NCBI GenBank assembly: GCA_024710355.1
Contig: JANJUX010000012.1
Location: 1 to 64,000 of the forward strand
Origin: Candidatus Rifleibacteriota bacterium
GTDB lineage: Bacteria; Muiribacteriota; Ozemobacteria; Ozemobacterales; Ozemobacteraceae
Reading direction: 5' to 3'
DNA: 64,000 bases
Shown here: positions 62,755 through 64,000 of the stretch, in pieces
Layout of the letters: the number at the start of each line of letters is the position of its first letter
Numbering within the stretch: position 1 is the stretch's first letter
The notes under the pieces: generated by a model
Seen by the model: only the letters and a program-made list of their open reading frames with translations
What the model was told of the DNA's origin: nothing
Databases searched by the model: none
Program-made: the position numbers and the translations under genes

Positions 62755-64000
62755 ATGTTTAGAAATATCATGCTGATCACTGCTGTGATGCTTCTGTCTC
62801 TTTCTGTTGCCGCCTTCGCTGAATTCCCAGAGCCTTACCGTGACCCGAATGCCGCTCTGCGCTACCTGATGGCAATGGGCCGTATGCCGCAGCTTACCGA
62901 AGATGAGGTGAAACTGCTGACCGATATCAGTAGCGCAGAGGCATTTTCGGCATTGCCTGACTCGTTGAAGCGCAAAGTGGCTGAAGCCGGTTTCCAGAAC
63001 ATCTTTAACCAGCTTAAGGCGGCAGCCGCCTGCACAGAATGCAGTTTTGTGCCAGACAGCAAGTTCGAACCCCAGGATCTCATTCCCCCATACCGGGCGC
63101 TTCGCACTTTCGCCAGGTATGTGAATGCCGGTGCCTGGCAGGTCATTTCCGGGGGAGACCACGAAAAGGGCGCACAATTGCTGGTATACGTGTTCAAATT
63201 TGGTGCCGATTCTGAAAAATACCAGCCGCTGATTGGTTACATGCTTGGTGTCGGTATCAGATACATTGCCCTGAATTCGATGAAAAATGTTCTTGCTGGC
63301 AATTACAAGGTAGAAGCGAAGAAAATCATCACTGATTATCTCAAAGCCTTGCCGCGGCCAGCTTTTAACGCCAGAGACAGCCTGGTCTGGGAAAGAATTT
63401 ATTTTGTTAAAACACTTGATATGCTTGCCAGCAGCACAGAAGGGGTTGTCGAACTGCTGAAGTCTGTCAGTGATGAGACAAAGCCGGTGGGTGAACAGTC
63501 GCTCAGCTGTGTTCCTTATCAGAGAATTCTTTTGGGTGCCGTTGAAATGGCGCTGATGGATGGTCTGAAGTTTGAACCCGGAAAACCTGCCGCGGAAATA
63601 ATTGGAGAACTGGTTAAGAAGCAGTATCTGAAAGCGGCACCGGTTTGCCCTGACAAGGGTGAATACAAGATCGAATTCATCAAAGAAGACGATTTTAAAG
63701 TCAGCTGCAGCTGTGGTGCCGACCCCGAAAAATCTGTAGAGAAAAAGGAAGAGGTCAAACCGGCTATAAACCCTGAACTTGAAGCCAAAGCCAAAGAATA
63801 CCTCTCTTCGGGCAGGCTTGCCAAAGATGTTAAAGAAATTCATGAGTATTTCGACAAAGTCATGGCCTGCGATCCGCTCGAATCAGGCCTTGTCGAGAAG
63901 CTGAAAACGATGAAAAATGATTATGAAGGCCGTGACAACATTCTTATCAAGGCAATTCTGCCGGACTTCTCCAAAGTATACGAAAAGCAGTTCAGCCTTC
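62755..64000 (+). CDS. Secreted Cys-containing protein, 5' portion (gene continues beyond the window). Not in the supplied ORF track.
   Basis: AAGGAGA RBS 6 nt upstream of the ATG. Signal peptide MFRNIMLITAVMLLSLSVAAFA. The frame stays open for 415 codons to the window end. The antisense ORFs listed here (62728..63843 and others) are low-complexity. Confidence 0.55.
   Translation, partial: MFRNIMLITAVMLLSLSVAAFAEFPEPYRDPNAALRYLMAMGRMPQLTEDEVKLLTDISSAEAFSALPDSLKRKVAEAGFQNIFNQLKAAAACTECSFVPDSKFEPQDLIPPYRALRTFARYVNAGAWQVISGGDHEKGAQLLVYVFKFGADSEKYQPLIGYMLGVGIRYIALNSMKNVLAGNYKVEAKKIITDYLKALPRPAFNARDSLVWERIYFVKTLDMLASSTEGVVELLKSVSDETKPVGEQSLSCVPYQRILLGAVEMALMDGLKFEPGKPAAEIIGELVKKQYLKAAPVCPDKGEYKIEFIKEDDFKVSCSCGADPEKSVEKKEEVKPAINPELEAKAKEYLSSGRLAKDVKEIHEYFDKVMACDPLESGLVEKLKTMKNDYEGRDNILIKAILPDFSKVYEKQFSL

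Noticed and set aside
62728-63843. 371-aa minus-strand ORF (plus 62862..63197 and 63519..63824)
   Set aside because: Phe/low-complexity-rich translation with no start context. The plus strand carries a well-initiated signal-peptide ORF with an SD.
1-64000. CRISPR arrays, tRNA/rRNA genes, IS elements, integrases
   Set aside because: No direct-repeat/spacer arrays, no tRNA-like GTTCGAATC T-loop motifs in intergenic regions, and no transposase or recombinase-like ORFs were seen.

Overview
High-GC bacterial chromosomal segment of 64 kb, densely coding on both strands (about 60 protein genes). I found no rRNA, tRNA or CRISPR array, and no transposase or integrase. Gene content in order: a partial secretin C-terminus; a flavodoxin/4Fe-4S protein; an asymmetric heterodimeric ABC exporter pair; SlyX; CorA; a full-length bacterial homologue of the eukaryotic major vault protein (MVP); a membrane-fused spermidine-synthase-like protein flanked by two copies of a 35-40 nt palindromic element; a murein-peptide recycling trio (DUF819 - SH3/NlpC-P60 - L-Ala-D/L-Glu epimerase); an AT-rich ccdAB toxin-antitoxin pair; several SH3b/TolB-like secreted proteins; a 1315-aa lipoprotein with near-identical tandem FN3 repeats and a beta-propeller tail; a yjcH-actP acetate-permease pair followed, past an intra-operon terminator, by a membrane sCache-CBS-DUF294 nucleotidyltransferase and a metallophosphoesterase, with a convergent sCache-PAS hybrid histidine kinase; a MerR - VIT/vWA - HK - REC(pseudo)/HDOD - REC/PP2C operon; a secreted PLD-like protein; esterases; an OFA-type MFS with wHTH regulator; a CAT-family acetyltransferase; Fe-ADH plus overlapping hybrid HK; AmpG; a di-iron RIC gene with a 37-nt palindromic operator, bracketed by two ~80% identical small-protein paralogues carrying near-consensus sigma70 promoters; and an ECF sigma/anti-sigma/secreted-protein module running off the window end. 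The most notable items are the bacterial MVP (vault shell) homologue, a VIT-vWA protein elsewhere in the window (the domain pair of vault-associated VPARP), and the carboxylate-sensing-looking signalling locus around actP.
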